IMG/VR virus record: IMGVR_UViG_3300010413_000002 | Span: 1 to 64,000 of that record | Length of the DNA: 64,000 nucleotides | Source of the DNA: a virus | Lineage: Duplodnaviria; Heunggongvirae; Uroviricota; Caudoviricetes | Reading direction: 5' to 3' (one strand) | Shown here: in pieces, positions 1-9,652 of the stretch | How the letters are laid out: every line of letters starts with the position of its first letter | Position numbering within the stretch: position 1 is the first letter of the stretch | Program-made: the position numbers and the translations under genes | The notes under the pieces: generated by a model | The model's input: only the letters and a program-made list of their open reading frames with translations | The model's database searches: none | What the model was told of the DNA's origin: nothing

Positions 1-473
1 GGAGCATGATGTGTAATAACAACACATCTTTTATGTTTGTATTTATCTAATTGCCATTGTAGATTTTTTTTAGACATCAGATGTTGAATATAAGTATCTT
101 CTGCTTTAAGAATTTTTTCTTTACATTGAATGTAGCTATAGTCATTCATATATCTTTCAGCTATAACTTTATTTTCTTCTATATCTTTATTACCATATTT
201 GAAATCTGTCCAAAGTGTTGTTGCAAAGAAAACGTATCGTTCATATTCTTTAATATAAACATATCCGTCTTTCTTAAATTTATTATTTCCATAATAATAA
301 TGATTTCCAGTACATCCAAAATATTTTGAATTACCTTTAATCTCATCAAGATACCTTTGTCCCATATCTCCACAATATAAAGTTAAATCAGCCTCTTTTG
401 GCGTTTCTTTTAATGGCGAATATGTACATTGTTTAAATTCACTATGAACGTCGCTTATTACATGTAATTTCAT
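1..473 (-). CDS. Calcineurin-like metallophosphoesterase. Partial: start codon at 473, open frame runs off the window start.
   Basis: Hand translation of the minus strand from the ATG at 473 gives MKLHVISDVHSEF...LYCGDMG...GNHYYYG...ITHHAP with no stop through position 1. The DxH, GDxxD and GNH(E/D) phosphoesterase motifs are present. It is absent from the ORF track because no stop lies in the window. It overlaps the stop of 442-1221 by about 30 nt. Confidence 0.6.
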   Translation of the reverse strand, partial: MKLHVISDVHSEFKQCTYSPLKETPKEADLTLYCGDMGQRYLDEIKGNSKYFGCTGNHYYYGNNKFKKDGYVYIKEYERYVFFATTLWTDFKYGNKDIEENKVIAERYMNDYSYIQCKEKILKAEDTYIQHLMSKKNLQWQLDKYKHKRCVVITHHA

Positions 474-1221
474 AATTCCTCTTTTTATATTGAATATGTT
501 CTTTAAGAATTTTTTGCCAACGTTTTGGTTTTTTTCCTAATTCCCATCTTGGATCTAAAACTAAATCATCATATAAATCTAATATTTCTTTTTTAACTTC
601 TTTGATAGCTTCATTTTCATCTTTATCCCAACAAACTATACCTAATTCTTTTAAGGAAACACTGCATTCTTTACCATTAGAATTTAATTCTATCGTTACA
701 ACAAAAGGTTTTTTTAAAATATAATTTTCTTCATCTAATGAAGATATTTTTCTAAAAATTTTTATACATCCATTGTTCATTATTAAAAATTTAAAACTTG
801 AAAATTCTTTTTCTTTATTTCTTTTTTTAAAAACATATCTATTTTTTTTATGATTGAATTCGTCTATTTTCCATTTGTTTGCATCAATTTCAAAACTTTC
901 TATATAGTAATTAGGTAAAATAATTTTTTTTACTTCTTCGTCTTTTAATTTATTTTCTTTTTTAGGTTCTTTTAAAAATTCTTTTATTGAGACCTCTCTA
1001 CAAATTACTGGACAATCATCGAAAATTCCGAAAAATGGCATTGCCCAATGTTGACATATATATGTAAATCCATATTTTAATCTATCGTAATTAAAGAGTA
1101 TATCATGAGGATAAAAACCTAATCTTTTAAATTTATTTTTTATTTTATTGAATTTTCTTTTACTGATATTTTTTGGTAATTTAATATATTTACATCTAAA
1201 ATCCTTTTTTGTTAATATCAT
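442..1221 (-). CDS. Hypothetical protein; member 1 of a three-member paralog family (N-terminus MI-TKKDF).
   Basis: 259-aa ORF. Its ATG overlaps the Rnl2 stop (ATGA overlap at 1218-1221). It shares an N-terminal ~80-aa domain with 26748-27218 and 31212-31799 (MIxxTKKDF..., LPKN-S-K-FNKIKNKF, (V/I)S(I/V)(K/E)(E/D)FL). Confidence 0.6.
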   Translation of the reverse strand: MILTKKDFRCKYIKLPKNISKRKFNKIKNKFKRLGFYPHDILFNYDRLKYGFTYICQHWAMPFFGIFDDCPVICREVSIKEFLKEPKKENKLKDEEVKKIILPNYYIESFEIDANKWKIDEFNHKKNRYVFKKRNKEKEFSSFKFLIMNNGCIKIFRKISSLDEENYILKKPFVVTIELNSNGKECSVSLKELGIVCWDKDENEAIKEVKKEILDLYDDLVLDPRWELGKKPKRWQKILKEHIQYKKRNYEITCNKRRS

Positions 1222-2198
1222 TCTCTTTCCTTAAATGTATCAAAGAACAAATCTTTTATAAGTTCTACTGATTTTTTGTTAATAATTTTTGTAATTCTGC
1301 TTTTCTCTTCGTTGCTTACTGATTTTATATCTATTTTATCATCTTTTGCATCATTTAGCAAGTCTTTTACAAACCTTCCTAAGAATATGCCGAAGTCTTT
1401 TTTGGTATATTGTTCTTTAGAAAATACAGCATCAAACCTGTTTTCGGTAATATAGCTTGATAAATTAGATATTAGTTCATTAGCTTCTTGGCTTAATTCT
1501 TTAAGTTTAATTTTAATTTTTTTGCCTTTTTCTGAAAACTTTTTATTTTTATTTTTGATTATTACTCTGCTTCCACCATTAGTAGTATAGTCCCCTTCAA
1601 AAGGTTTGATAACTGTTCCTTCACAAGTATTATTCTCAACAATTGGCAATCCATTCAATAAAGGAATCATACTATCAAAATCATTTGGATACTCCAAAAC
1701 TTCCTCTAAAGTTCCTATTTTTAAAGGTTCTAAGTAAGGAATTTTAAATTCTTTGAAGATTTCAATTGCTTCTTTATAAGCTATAAATTTATCATCTATT
1801 TTTAAATCAAAAAATACAACGTTTATATATTTGCTATATTGTATTCCTTTTTGGACTCTTAATTCTAAAGTCTCATTATTCCAAAGACCTCCGTATATTT
1901 CTCCATATATTATGATTGGTTTTTTGTATTTTTCATATATTTGTTTTATGTTGTCTTCGTATTTAGGAAGAACATTATGAGAATTATAAAAACTTCCTCG
2001 TATAAAAGAGGAACGGTTTCCATAATCAAAACCTTCTTCATCATAATAAAGCAAGATGTTAGCTCCGTGTACTTTTTCAGTGGCACACCACTTTTCTTCT
2101 TTTGGAACTAAATATTCAGCTTGGCATAATAAACTCTTGTTAGATATTTGTTTTATACTTGAATATTCTTTAAATTTTTCTTTTTTCATTTTTTCCAA
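1218..2198 (-). CDS. ATP-dependent RNA ligase, T4 Rnl2 family.
   Basis: Motif I KVHGAN (ATEKVHGANILLYY), motif IV EGTVIKP, motif V RVIIKNKNKKFSEKGK and N-terminal KEYSS all match T4 Rnl2 (EKIHGTN, EGYVLKP, RVAIKCKNSKFSEKKK). Confidence 0.85.
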   Translation of the reverse strand: MEKMKKEKFKEYSSIKQISNKSLLCQAEYLVPKEEKWCATEKVHGANILLYYDEEGFDYGNRSSFIRGSFYNSHNVLPKYEDNIKQIYEKYKKPIIIYGEIYGGLWNNETLELRVQKGIQYSKYINVVFFDLKIDDKFIAYKEAIEIFKEFKIPYLEPLKIGTLEEVLEYPNDFDSMIPLLNGLPIVENNTCEGTVIKPFEGDYTTNGGSRVIIKNKNKKFSEKGKKIKIKLKELSQEANELISNLSSYITENRFDAVFSKEQYTKKDFGIFLGRFVKDLLNDAKDDKIDIKSVSNEEKSRITKIINKKSVELIKDLFFDTFKERE

Positions 2199-2463
2199 AT
2201 AATGTTTGATATTCTTTTTCTAGTTTATTATCACAATAATTAAAATCAAAATTTTTCCAATTAGGTTTAATTCTAAAACGAATTATTTCTTTAGTTTTAG
2301 TTATTATAAAATAAAATATATTACCAACTTTTAAATATTTTCGTTGTCCCTTTTTGAATTCTTTAAATTTAACTCAGCAATTGTTGGCAAGTGTTCATCA
2401 TTATAATCATATACTGAAACATAAACTTTTTCGTCTTTTTTATCTATTTGTTCAATACAACAT

Positions 2464-2901
2464 TCAAGTTTCATTCTTTAATAGATTTGGATTTAATTCA
2501 AAATTTCCAATAATCTTCATATCAAGACAACCGTGGAAATTTTTATATTCGTTTTGGTTTCTCAATAAAAATTTAGCACCAACATCATCCCAAATTACTA
2601 CATATCGCTTTTTAGTATTATTTGGTTCATCAAAAACTTCAATAACATCTTTTTCAAAAATAACTTTTTTATTATTGTCTAATACTCCAGTGCTTTGAAT
2701 TAAAATAATGTTTTTTCCATCTGCTCTATAGTTAGTTGGGTCTCCATCTTTTAAATGTTTATCTAAAAAAACTCTATGAAAGTTCTCGTCAGAAAATTTT
2801 CTAAATAAATTTATAACACTATAAATCTTTTTTTCAGATTTTATAATAGCTCTATAATCAAATCTATCGTACATAAATCTCCTAATCAATAAAACTAGCA
2901 T
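2464..2901 (-). CDS. Hypothetical protein.
   Basis: 145-aa ORF in the co-directional gene chain, overlapping the ssb start. Confidence 0.5.
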   Translation of the reverse strand: MLVLLIRRFMYDRFDYRAIIKSEKKIYSVINLFRKFSDENFHRVFLDKHLKDGDPTNYRADGKNIILIQSTGVLDNNKKVIFEKDVIEVFDEPNNTKKRYVVIWDDVGAKFLLRNQNEYKNFHGCLDMKIIGNFELNPNLLKNET

Positions 2902-3301
2902 CAGAAAAGCTGTCTTTTACTGTTTCTACTGTAGTTTTGTTATAGTTATTTGTATTGTTATCTTTGCTGTCCAATAGTTTTAAAGTACAATTAAATCCTT
3001 GTAAAATAACTTCTGTTATATATTGTTCTATACCTTGATTATTTGTCCATTTTCTTGTCTTTAGCGAACCCTCAACATAGAGTTTTGAACCTTTATGAAT
3101 ATAGTTTTTAACTATATTTACTAATGAACCAAATACTACAACCTTATGCCAATCTGTTTTATTTTGTCTTATTCCTTGTTTGTCTTTATAGGCTTCTGTT
3201 GTTGCTAAAGAAAAAAAAGCAACTTCGTTTCCATTTTTTGTAGTTTTTATATCTGGTTCTTTACCAACATTTCCTACTAAAATTACCTTATTAACGCTCA
3301 T
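2882..3301 (-). CDS. ssb: Single-stranded DNA-binding protein (OB fold).
   Basis: MSVNKVILVGNVGKEPDIKTT...WHKVVVFG...LYVEGSLKTRKWT are classic SSB N-terminal motifs. Confidence 0.85.
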   Translation of the reverse strand: MSVNKVILVGNVGKEPDIKTTKNGNEVAFFSLATTEAYKDKQGIRQNKTDWHKVVVFGSLVNIVKNYIHKGSKLYVEGSLKTRKWTNNQGIEQYITEVILQGFNCTLKLLDSKDNNTNNYNKTTVETVKDSFSDASFID

Positions 3302-3467
3302 TTGTTTCCTTTTTATTATTAATATTATATAAGTAATTATCTACTCCTCTTTCTTCTCTGTTTCTTGCTAATTGTTTATTTGCAAAAGTTGTAATACCAA
3401 TAATTACTCCTATTATAATAAGAACTATTGATAATTCAATAAAACTAAATCCTTTATTCGTCTTCAT
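3291..3467 (-). CDS. Prepilin-type (type IV pilin / pseudopilin-like) small protein.
   Basis: The internal start gives MKTNKG|FSFIELSIVLIIIGVI: a short basic leader, G|F cleavage site, Glu at +5 and a hydrophobic helix. The track ORF 3291-3527 carries an implausible K-rich extension that overlaps the upstream gene. Confidence 0.55.
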   Translation of the reverse strand: MKTNKGFSFIELSIVLIIIGVIIGITTFANKQLARNREERGVDNYLYNINNKKETNER

Positions 3468-4245
3468 CTTCCTCATAGTCTTCTTCTTCGTCATCTTCAT
3501 CTTCCTCCTCTTGATTATTTGTTTCATTAAAATTCGCTATAGTGCTTATTTTTAAATCTTTTTTATTACAACCTAACTCTTCAATCATTTCATCAAAAGT
3601 CAAATCGCAATATTCATCTTCCCAGTCAGCTATAAAGTATAACCTATCAGTTTCTTTAATTTTTCCGAAAAGAACTGGGTCTCTCATATCTTCTTTTTCT
3701 TCTGAAGACATTTCTTTAACGTCTTCTTGATCTTCGTTCCAATAATGATATATAACAAAATCGTCAAAAAAATCTTTTACTTTATTTAATTTTTCTATAA
3801 CTTCATCAGGAATAATTCTTGTGTAATCTTCTAAGTCAGTATCTGAAATGTGTCCTTTTCTTATTTTGTGTTTATATTTATCTAAATATTTTTGTTCAAT
3901 AAAATACGTAATACCTTTACTTCTAATTAATAATTCTTTTCCTAGAATTATAGATTTATTCATAATCTTCTTTCCTAAAGAAATTTGTCCATTAGCTATA
4001 GCTTTATCAAAAGCTTTTTCTATTTTTCTTAAATTAGTTTCTAATTTAATCTTTTCTAAAGTTGAAAATTTTTCTTTGATATATTTAAAATAGAATTTAG
4101 GTCTTATTAAACCTTTTTTCTTTTCAATTTTTACTCCAAAATTTTCATCATTATGAACCGCAATAAAACGAGTAGCTTCAATATCTGAAGTGGTACTTGT
4201 TAATGATCCAGCGGTAGAAGGTTCTATAAAAAATGTTCCTGGCAT
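3454..4245 (-). CDS. Hypothetical protein with a poly-acidic C-terminus.
   Basis: 263-aa ORF ending EEEDEDDEEEDYEEDEDE. Confidence 0.5.
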   Translation of the reverse strand: MPGTFFIEPSTAGSLTSTTSDIEATRFIAVHNDENFGVKIEKKKGLIRPKFYFKYIKEKFSTLEKIKLETNLRKIEKAFDKAIANGQISLGKKIMNKSIILGKELLIRSKGITYFIEQKYLDKYKHKIRKGHISDTDLEDYTRIIPDEVIEKLNKVKDFFDDFVIYHYWNEDQEDVKEMSSEEKEDMRDPVLFGKIKETDRLYFIADWEDEYCDLTFDEMIEELGCNKKDLKISTIANFNETNNQEEEDEDDEEEDYEEDEDE

Positions 4246-4253
4246 ATTTTTCC

Positions 4254-4646
4254 TTATTTTTTCTTAGTTTTTACTTCTTCGTGAAGTAAATCGATTATAG
4301 TTAAAATTTCTTCAGTTTCCATTTCTTTCTTATCTAAATCTTCTGAAGTGAATTTTTCCATTAATTGTTCACTTATTTTATCTAGAATATCTTGAATTGG
4401 AATAAGTTTAGTTGTTACTTTTTGTTCTTTAGATAAGGTTTTCCAAAGATTGTAGTTTTTAGGAGTAAAATCAATTGTTAAGTCATCATCATTTTTTGTT
4501 ATACAAATAGGCTTCATTTCTTCTAAGAGATGAGAAGGAATTAAACTTAATAAATCACGATATACTTTAACAAATTCCTCTAGTCTTTCTTTACGAGGTT
4601 GGTTTATTTTTTCTAACGCTTTACAAATTTTCTTTATTTTATCCAT
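4254..4646 (-). CDS. Hypothetical protein.
   Basis: 130-aa ORF in the gene chain. Confidence 0.5.
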   Translation of the reverse strand: MDKIKKICKALEKINQPRKERLEEFVKVYRDLLSLIPSHLLEEMKPICITKNDDDLTIDFTPKNYNLWKTLSKEQKVTTKLIPIQDILDKISEQLMEKFTSEDLDKKEMETEEILTIIDLLHEEVKTKKK

Positions 4647-4685
4647 TTTTTTCTTTATTATTAATAATTAATTTAATAATAATTT

Positions 4686-5144
4686 TTATTTAGAATTAGT
4701 CAAGTAAAAATCATATCCTCTTACTTGCGGTCTTGGAATTTCTATATTAAAGAATTCTTCTGCCCAAATTATAAGTTTTGTTAAATAGTCTACTGTTTCT
4801 CCTTTACTTCCAGATATATCTGAAAGACTTTTAACTCGTGTACTATATGTTTTATCTATAGAATTGTAATTTATTTCTGTAAAGCCAATAACCTCTCTTA
4901 AATCATAATCTAATTTATCAGCGTTAATAATATTACCTTGTTCTTCCATCGCTTGTTTTATGGTAGGTAAAACGACTCCATAATAATAAGCTCTTTGTCT
5001 AATTGTCGGAGATGTTTTATGTGTTTTTACGTGAATATAGAAATCTTTGTTATTCTTTTTTAATTCAGCTATATAGTCTTTAAAAAATTGCCAAATAACT
5101 TTCCAATTATCTTTATTATCTTGCTTGAAAAAGAATTTACTCAT
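4686..5144 (-). CDS. Hypothetical protein.
   Basis: 152-aa ORF. Confidence 0.5.
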   Translation of the reverse strand: MSKFFFKQDNKDNWKVIWQFFKDYIAELKKNNKDFYIHVKTHKTSPTIRQRAYYYGVVLPTIKQAMEEQGNIINADKLDYDLREVIGFTEINYNSIDKTYSTRVKSLSDISGSKGETVDYLTKLIIWAEEFFNIEIPRPQVRGYDFYLTNSK

Positions 5145-5535
5145 AATCTTGTGAAAAAATAATATCTTTAATGGCTTCGACTTGATTTAAAGTTAAAAAA
5201 ACAGATTCATATCTATCTCCTTCTTCAAATGAAAAAACTACTTCAGCTAAATCATTAGCTGGCATTTGTAAATAATAAAAGTTATCTCTGTTTAATAGGG
5301 TTTTTTTAATTCTCTCTTCATATTCTTTTTCAACTATTTTACATTTGTATCTTAATTTATTTAATTGTTTTCTATCTTTTTCTTGTGCTTCTTGAATAGA
5401 AGTGATTTTTAATAGTTCATTAAATTCTTGTTTTTCTATTATTTTTTCTTTATCTTTTTTTAAATATGAAATTAAATATATTATTAAGCATATACTTATA
5501 ATAAATATAAAAAATTTAATTATCTTCCCTTTCAT
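5137..5535 (-). CDS. Hypothetical membrane-anchored protein.
   Basis: 132-aa ORF with an N-terminal hydrophobic helix. Confidence 0.5.
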   Translation of the reverse strand: MKGKIIKFFIFIISICLIIYLISYLKKDKEKIIEKQEFNELLKITSIQEAQEKDRKQLNKLRYKCKIVEKEYEERIKKTLLNRDNFYYLQMPANDLAEVVFSFEEGDRYESVFLTLNQVEAIKDIIFSQDYE

Positions 5536-5578
5536 AATTATATATATTTAATGAGGGATATTGCAATCCCTCTAAAGT

Positions 5579-6406
5579 TTACTCCTTAATCATCATAAGA
5601 TTTTGATTTCCTAAAACGTGAGTTGGTAATACCCCGTCCCACTTTTGTATCCATTCTTGTTGAACTTCTAATTTCTTTTTTTCAACTAAAGCTGGGTTGT
5701 TTTTTAACGCCATTCCTCTTACTCTATCTTGTTCAGCTTTTAATTTTGCTATTTCAAGTTTAGCTTTTTCCTCTCTGACTTCATTTTCTCTTTGCTGAGC
5801 TTTTTGAGTTTGTTTTATTTTTTCGTTTATACTTTCAACAACCGACTCTGGAAATCTTATATTTCCTAAATAAGATATTTTTTCAATAATTATTCCCAAA
5901 GGTTTCATTTGTTCTCTGACTTCATTTTCGACAGCATCTAACAACTCAGTTTTATTTTCGTTAATTTCTTGGACTTCCATTTTTGAAGCTTTAGAAACAA
6001 TAGTATCTCTAACAATATTTCTTAAATATTTATCAGTAATCTCTCCAATTCCTTCTCTGTATTTTTGAAAAAGTAAATTTATTTTATCTTTTTCTAAAGA
6101 ATAACTTATACCAATATCCACATTGCAAGGCATTCCTTGTTTAGATTGAAAAGAAATACTTTCATCGTTTTTACTACCTTCTGTTGAACCTAAAGTCCAA
6201 TTATAAGTTTGAGTAAAAGTTGGAAATAAATACAATTCTTCATTTATTCCAATCCAATATCTTCCAACTCCTAATTCTTCAGTTTCAACTCCTTTTGAGT
6301 TTCCTAATAAATTAACTTTAACACCAACATATCCAGCAGGAACTTTAGAGCAAGCTGAAATACTTAATGCTAATAATGAACAAGCTAAAATTTTTTTCAT
6401 TTTCAT
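5579..6406 (-). CDS. SPFH / band-7 (prohibitin/HflK-like) domain lipoprotein.
   Basis: Signal peptide with lipobox LSISAC. SPFH-like core and a C-terminal coiled coil (QKAQQRENEVREEKAKLEIAKLKAEQ). Confidence 0.65.
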   Translation of the reverse strand: MKMKKILACSLLALSISACSKVPAGYVGVKVNLLGNSKGVETEELGVGRYWIGINEELYLFPTFTQTYNWTLGSTEGSKNDESISFQSKQGMPCNVDIGISYSLEKDKINLLFQKYREGIGEITDKYLRNIVRDTIVSKASKMEVQEINENKTELLDAVENEVREQMKPLGIIIEKISYLGNIRFPESVVESINEKIKQTQKAQQRENEVREEKAKLEIAKLKAEQDRVRGMALKNNPALVEKKKLEVQQEWIQKWDGVLPTHVLGNQNLMMIKE

Positions 6407-6410
6407 AATT

Positions 6411-6638
6411 TTATATTTTTTTTATTAATAAACTAGTTAAGAAATAATATATTGGACAAACAATAGCCACAAATATTATTATTGCAAATATAACCAAAAT
6501 ATTACTCTCTGATGAAAGTAAATTAGGACATACTTGAAATCCTATAAAAGTGTTAAATATAAACAATAAGACTAATAATATAGTTTTATAAAATTTTTTA
6601 ATTTTTTTCATTTTTTTCTTTTTAATTAATAAATTCAT
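6411..6638 (-). CDS. Small two-helix membrane protein; possible partner of the SPFH protein.
   Basis: 75 aa, two hydrophobic segments, immediately upstream of the SPFH gene in the same orientation. Confidence 0.4.
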   Translation of the reverse strand: MNLLIKKKKMKKIKKFYKTILLVLLFIFNTFIGFQVCPNLLSSESNILVIFAIIIFVAIVCPIYYFLTSLLIKKI

Positions 6639-6667
6639 TATAGATTCTAAACTTTAAAAGTCAAACA

Positions 6668-7990
6668 TTAAATTAGATTTTTTCTTATAAAACTTAATAA
6701 ATCTTCTTTGTTGTTTTCAACTTTATCATCAAGAACTGCATTAAATAATTCTTGTAGAATAAATCCTATAATTTTATGTCCTTTTTTTAATCCAATAAGT
6801 TTCATTATATCGTTTCCATTAATATTTAAATCTTTTACAGAAAATGCTGGAATATAGTTTTTTACTTCATTTATTCTTTTTAAAATTGTTTTCCAGTAGC
6901 TTAATTTCTTTAACCTTTTCTTTCTGTTTGCTTTTCTATCAGCTATTTTTAATCTAAGAATATCCTTATAATTAACATTGTCATTTTCTAATGCTACTAA
7001 CCATCTTCTTATAGCTTTGTCTTTACTTGTTGGCATTATGTGCCACATATGAAGCTTTATAATATTGCATACTTTGTCTATAAATTCATTACTGAATTTT
7101 AAATTTAATAAAGTTTGTTTTGCATAACTACAACTATATTTTTCGTGATTATGAAATATTAATTTATCGTTTTTTATTTGAAACTTACTTTTGCCTACAT
7201 CGTGTAGCAATCCCGCCATTTTTACTATAGGATATTTACTAGAAATATAAGAACAAGTATCTAAACAATGTTCATAAACTGTTTCATTATGATGTTCTCC
7301 GCCATCTAAATACTTAATCTTTTTTAAACAAGGAAAAACAGTTCCAAGAATTCCTGTTTTATCTAAATAAATACAAAATTGCTTTAAGTTCTTGATGGAT
7401 TTTATTATTTCTTTATTTATTCTTTCTTTAGGAATCGACTTTATTCTTTTTTTAGAACCGCTTTTTTTCAAAAGTTCTTTTAAACTAGAGTCTTCTATTT
7501 CAAAATTTAGAATTGAAGCAAATCTAAAAGCTCTTAATATTCTTACTGGATCTTCTTTTATTCTTTCAGAAGGTTTTCCTACAAATTTGATTAGTTTATG
7601 CTGTATATGACTTTGTCCTCCAAAATAATCAAAATATTCATCCTTGAAAGGATCATAAGCTATTGCATTTATTGTAAAATCTCTTCGACTACAATCTTCT
7701 TTTAGTGTTTCAACGTAATTACAAACTGGTTTTCCTATAATATCGTATCTTTCTCCTCGAAAAGTTGCGACTTCAATTCCATCTACGAGCATCACTTTAA
7801 ATTGTTCTCCTACGTGAGAAAGTTTTCTATCTTTGAATATTTGTTTTATTTTGTTTGGTTTTGCGTTTGTAACAATATCATAATCTTTTGGTTCTAAACC
7901 AAGAAGTTTGTCTCTGGTGCAACCGCCTATGAAAAAAGCTTGATAACCTTTGTTTTGAAGTATTTTTATGATTTCAAGTTCTTTTTTCAT
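6668..7990 (-). CDS. cca: CCA-adding enzyme (tRNA nucleotidyltransferase) with C-terminal HD domain.
   Basis: FFIGGCTRDKLLGLEPKDYDIVT (pol-beta nucleotidyltransferase head, GGxxRDxLLGxxxxDxDxxT) and LLHDVGK (HD motif). Confidence 0.8.
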   Translation of the reverse strand: MKKELEIIKILQNKGYQAFFIGGCTRDKLLGLEPKDYDIVTNAKPNKIKQIFKDRKLSHVGEQFKVMLVDGIEVATFRGERYDIIGKPVCNYVETLKEDCSRRDFTINAIAYDPFKDEYFDYFGGQSHIQHKLIKFVGKPSERIKEDPVRILRAFRFASILNFEIEDSSLKELLKKSGSKKRIKSIPKERINKEIIKSIKNLKQFCIYLDKTGILGTVFPCLKKIKYLDGGEHHNETVYEHCLDTCSYISSKYPIVKMAGLLHDVGKSKFQIKNDKLIFHNHEKYSCSYAKQTLLNLKFSNEFIDKVCNIIKLHMWHIMPTSKDKAIRRWLVALENDNVNYKDILRLKIADRKANRKKRLKKLSYWKTILKRINEVKNYIPAFSVKDLNINGNDIMKLIGLKKGHKIIGFILQELFNAVLDDKVENNKEDLLSFIRKNLI

Positions 7991-9117
7991 TCCTCATTAA
8001 TATCGTTAACAACTAAAAACCATATAAATCCTCCACTTATTAATATTAAAGCTATAATTTCTAATATTTTAAAGTTTCCTTTGATTTCGTTTTTTAAATA
8101 CTCAAACTCCTTCATTTCTTTTCTTTCAAAATATTGATTAGTTGCTTTTTTTATTATATCAATTATTTCTAAATTTATTTTTTTATGTTGAATTAAGTTT
8201 TCACGAAGTTCTATAAAAACTCTATTATTTTTAGACCATCCAAATGAATAAACCCAAAGAATATCAGCTTTTTCATTAGTTCCAATAATTATTATAACAT
8301 CATTCTTTTTTCCTCCAACCCATTTAGCTTCTAATATTCTAGTAAAATCTTGCGAATTATCAGTTAAAACTAATACTGAATTCAATTGTTTCTGCTTACC
8401 TACTTCTCCTAGAAATTTTGAATATTCATAATTGAACTTCTTATAGTCTAAATTAGGCAAGTTTTTTCCAATTAAAATAACTCTATCTAAATATTGATAA
8501 TCATATATATTTAAAGGATAGTTTGGTATTTTATATTTTTCTGATTTTATTAATTCTTTAGAAAACAAAGAATGCTTTGCTCCAAGAATATAATTTTTAT
8601 ATTCATGTTTGCGGGAGACTGGATCGTCTATTTGAACTTTAGTAAATCTTGGAGGTTCATTCTTTCCTTGTTTATCAATTCTATCAATTTCAAAATTACC
8701 AAAATCATGATAAACCATATAAAACTTTTCCCAAGGATAAGTAAAGCAAGTATGACAACAAGTATCATAACAAGTACTACAATTTTTTCCATCTTCATTG
8801 CAATTACAATCATGTGGATTGCAACTATAACAATCACAACTATAATCGTTTCTACACCTAGAAAAATCATCATCATAAACGCAGATTTCTTTCTCAGCAA
8901 CTTTTCTAATAACTAATCCATTTAGAATTTCAGTATCTTTAAGAATACTATGAATATTATATTTATATATACCAAAGATAATTCCTATCATCAAAACAGA
9001 ATAACAAAAAAATTCTAAAAAGTGAATTTGTCTCTTATAAATTTTTTTTATTATAAGAGGAAGTATAATTGCAAATATAATTATAATTATCAATAACATT
9101 TCAACAATGAATATCAA
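7987..9117 (-). CDS. Membrane protein with a Cys-rich extracytoplasmic domain.
   Basis: N- and C-terminal transmembrane helices. Cys cluster CDCYSCNPHDCNCNEDGKNCSTCYDTCCHTC. Confidence 0.5.
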   Translation of the reverse strand: MIFIVEMLLIIIIIFAIILPLIIKKIYKRQIHFLEFFCYSVLMIGIIFGIYKYNIHSILKDTEILNGLVIRKVAEKEICVYDDDFSRCRNDYSCDCYSCNPHDCNCNEDGKNCSTCYDTCCHTCFTYPWEKFYMVYHDFGNFEIDRIDKQGKNEPPRFTKVQIDDPVSRKHEYKNYILGAKHSLFSKELIKSEKYKIPNYPLNIYDYQYLDRVILIGKNLPNLDYKKFNYEYSKFLGEVGKQKQLNSVLVLTDNSQDFTRILEAKWVGGKKNDVIIIIGTNEKADILWVYSFGWSKNNRVFIELRENLIQHKKINLEIIDIIKKATNQYFERKEMKEFEYLKNEIKGNFKILEIIALILISGGFIWFLVVNDINEE

Positions 9118-9652
9118 CTACTACTGCATAATAAGTATATAAATAATCTTTTGGTATTTCGTAATTTTCAGTACTTATATTATAAATATCACAAACACTA
9201 CAAAATCTTTCAGCAACAAACTCTTGATAAAGTTCAGAAAATTCATTAAGATGTTTTGTTATTTCCGAAAAAGGTCTTATATATTTCTTAACTTGTTTAA
9301 TACAATCACTAAGAGGCATTATATCATATTCTTTATTCATTAAAGAAGAATCAACTTCTACTTTTAAAGGGTTATTTCCTTTTGCTCCCAAATCTTCCCA
9401 AATCTTTTGTATTTCTTTTTTGTTTTCATACATAGTTGTATAAGAAATTTTTTTATTTTCATCTGCAAATTTTTTTTCACAAATTTTTAAAAACTCGCCT
9501 TTGTATTCAGAAAGAACACAGGAATACATACCTCCTATTCTATAATAAGGAGTCCAAACAGTTCCTTTATGTTTTTCTAAAAACTTCTCTACAATATCTT
9601 GAGCTTCTTCTTTTGAATTAGCTTTTGTTAATAATATTATTCCTTTATTCAT
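9101..9652 (-). CDS. Hypothetical protein.
   Basis: 183-aa ORF. Confidence 0.5.
   Translation of the reverse strand: MNKGIILLTKANSKEEAQDIVEKFLEKHKGTVWTPYYRIGGMYSCVLSEYKGEFLKICEKKFADENKKISYTTMYENKKEIQKIWEDLGAKGNNPLKVEVDSSLMNKEYDIMPLSDCIKQVKKYIRPFSEITKHLNEFSELYQEFVAERFCSVCDIYNISTENYEIPKDYLYTYYAVVVDIHC

Noticed and set aside
81-373. Track ORFs 81-329 (+) and 179-373 (-) at the window start.
   Set aside because: Both are alternative frames of the region. The minus-strand frame from ATG 473 encodes a metallophosphoesterase with conserved motifs and runs open to position 1.
3291-3527. Full 78-aa version of the pilin-like ORF, with MKQIIKRRKMKMTKKKTMRKMKTNKG leader.
   Set aside because: The K-rich extension overlaps the upstream gene by 74 nt and is incompatible with a prepilin leader. 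The internal ATG at 3467 gives a canonical 6-aa leader.
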